In this document: one piece after another, positions 63,503 through 64,000 of the stretch | Numbering within the stretch: the stretch's first letter is position 1 | Layout of the letters: each line of letters opens with the position of its first letter | Assembly: GCA_964566225.1 (NCBI GenBank) | Contig: CAZMHV010000003.1 | Coordinates: 91,151 to 155,150, forward strand | From: an uncultured Gammaproteobacteria bacterium | GTDB taxonomy: Bacteria; Patescibacteriota; Patescibacteriia; Magasanikbacterales; UBA922 | DNA: 64,000 nt | Direction: 5' to 3' | Notes under the pieces: model-generated | The model's input: only the letters and a program-made list of their open reading frames with translations | Databases searched by the model: none | What the model was told of the DNA's origin: nothing | Made by a program: the position numbers and the translations under genes

Positions 63503-64000
63503 ATGCCTGAAGTAAAACCTCAAATTGAAACCTTTGCCAAAATTAAAGTAGTCGGTGTTGGTGGTTCTGGTGGATCTGCTGTTGACCGCATGGTAAAGAA
63601 TGGTATTCGTGGTGTTGATTTTATTGCCATGAATACGGATGTTCAGGCATTGCATCACAATAGTGCTCCACACAAACTTCATATTGGTAAGGCTGTGACT
63701 CGTGGACTTGGTGCTGGTATGGATCCAGAAGTAGGTAAGCGCGCTGCCGAAGAATCACAAAACGAAATTCGTGAAATGCTCAAAGACGCAGATATGGTTT
63801 TTGTTACCTGTGGACTTGGTGGTGGTACTGGTTCAGGTGCGAGTCCAGTGATTGCCGAAATTGCCAAAGACTTGGGGGCGCTTACTGTGGCTGTGGTTAC
63901 CAAACCATTTTCATTTGAAGGACCTCAACGCAAAAAAGTGGGTGAAAAAGCCTACAATGATTTGGCCAAACATGTTGATACTATTATTACGATTCCCAAT
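63503..64000 (+). CDS. ftsZ: Cell division GTPase FtsZ (N-terminal part; the 3' end lies beyond the window)
   Basis: [30 protein letters not shown]...[23 protein letters not shown] matches the tubulin signature GGGTGSG. Confidence 0.9.
   Translation, partial: MPEVKPQIETFAKIKVVGVGGSGGSAVDRMVKNGIRGVDFIAMNTDVQALHHNSAPHKLHIGKAVTRGLGAGMDPEVGKRAAEESQNEIREMLKDADMVFVTCGLGGGTGSGASPVIAEIAKDLGALTVAVVTKPFSFEGPQRKKVGEKAYNDLAKHVDTIITIPN

Noticed and set aside
1-64000. CRISPR arrays, rRNA genes, prophage, IS elements or integrases
   Set aside because: No regularly spaced direct repeats with unique spacers were seen. No 16S/23S/5S-like conserved segments were seen. No transposase, integrase or recombinase-like ORFs were seen. 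The only repeats are the intragenic tandem repeat at ~31.2-31.5 kb and the two nested-palindrome elements.

Overview
This is a 64-kb, gene-dense, AT-rich bacterial segment (roughly 35-40% G+C by eye). It looks like a streamlined genome, possibly Patescibacteria/CPR-like; that is inference from gene content such as SemiSWEET, LCP, O-antigen-ligase-TPR, a short Rel and very tight gene packing.

The backbone is housekeeping: aspS (3' part), scpA/scpB, a D-Ala-D-Ala carboxypeptidase, parA/parB, rel, topA, folC, dprA, pth, der, an LCP protein, recG, guaB, radA, clpC, a phosphohexomutase, htpX, lemA, rseP, pheS/pheT, rpmA, ftsW, murG and ftsZ (3' truncated). Two tRNAs sit on the minus strand.

Six short islands are visibly G+C-rich. 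Each is essentially one CDS sitting in an intergenic slot. Where upstream sequence was inspected (islands A and B) the promoter is a native-looking AT-rich TTGACA/TTGTCA-N17-TATAAT/TATACT type.
- Island A, ~6663-7410: a 2-TM, Pro-rich, acidic-tailed protein.
- Island B, ~25050-25450: a 90-aa ORF.
- Island C, ~46672-47400: a 188-aa ORF.
- Island F, ~48805-49030: a 62-aa two-TM ORF.
- Island D, ~57600-58400: a 211-aa ORF with a palindromic operator-like site upstream.
- Island E, ~61375-62180: a 203-aa PGAM-type histidine phosphatase.

Other notable structure:
- Two copies of a nested-palindrome element family. Each has ~31-bp perfect AT-rich outer inverted repeats carrying the shared motif TACTTTTCTTTTTT around a G+C-richer structured core. 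One copy splits scpA from scpB; the other ends island A.
- A very AT-rich two-gene insertion (unknown 228-aa protein plus a NYN/PIN-like nuclease) between pheS and pheT.
- A protein-kinase-fold gene wedged between ftsW and murG and coupled to ftsW.
- A five-gene surface/secreted cluster between clpC and radA.
- A split rifampin-phosphotransferase/PEP-synthase-like module: two paralogous [unknown N-domain + phosphohistidine swivel] proteins plus a stand-alone ATP-grasp PPDK_N protein.

No CRISPR array, rRNA, transposase or integrase was seen. Some hand-counted coordinates may be off by one. I found the six-frame track to disagree by 1 nt with my line-based counting near 58.3-58.5 kb. ORF coordinates follow the track.
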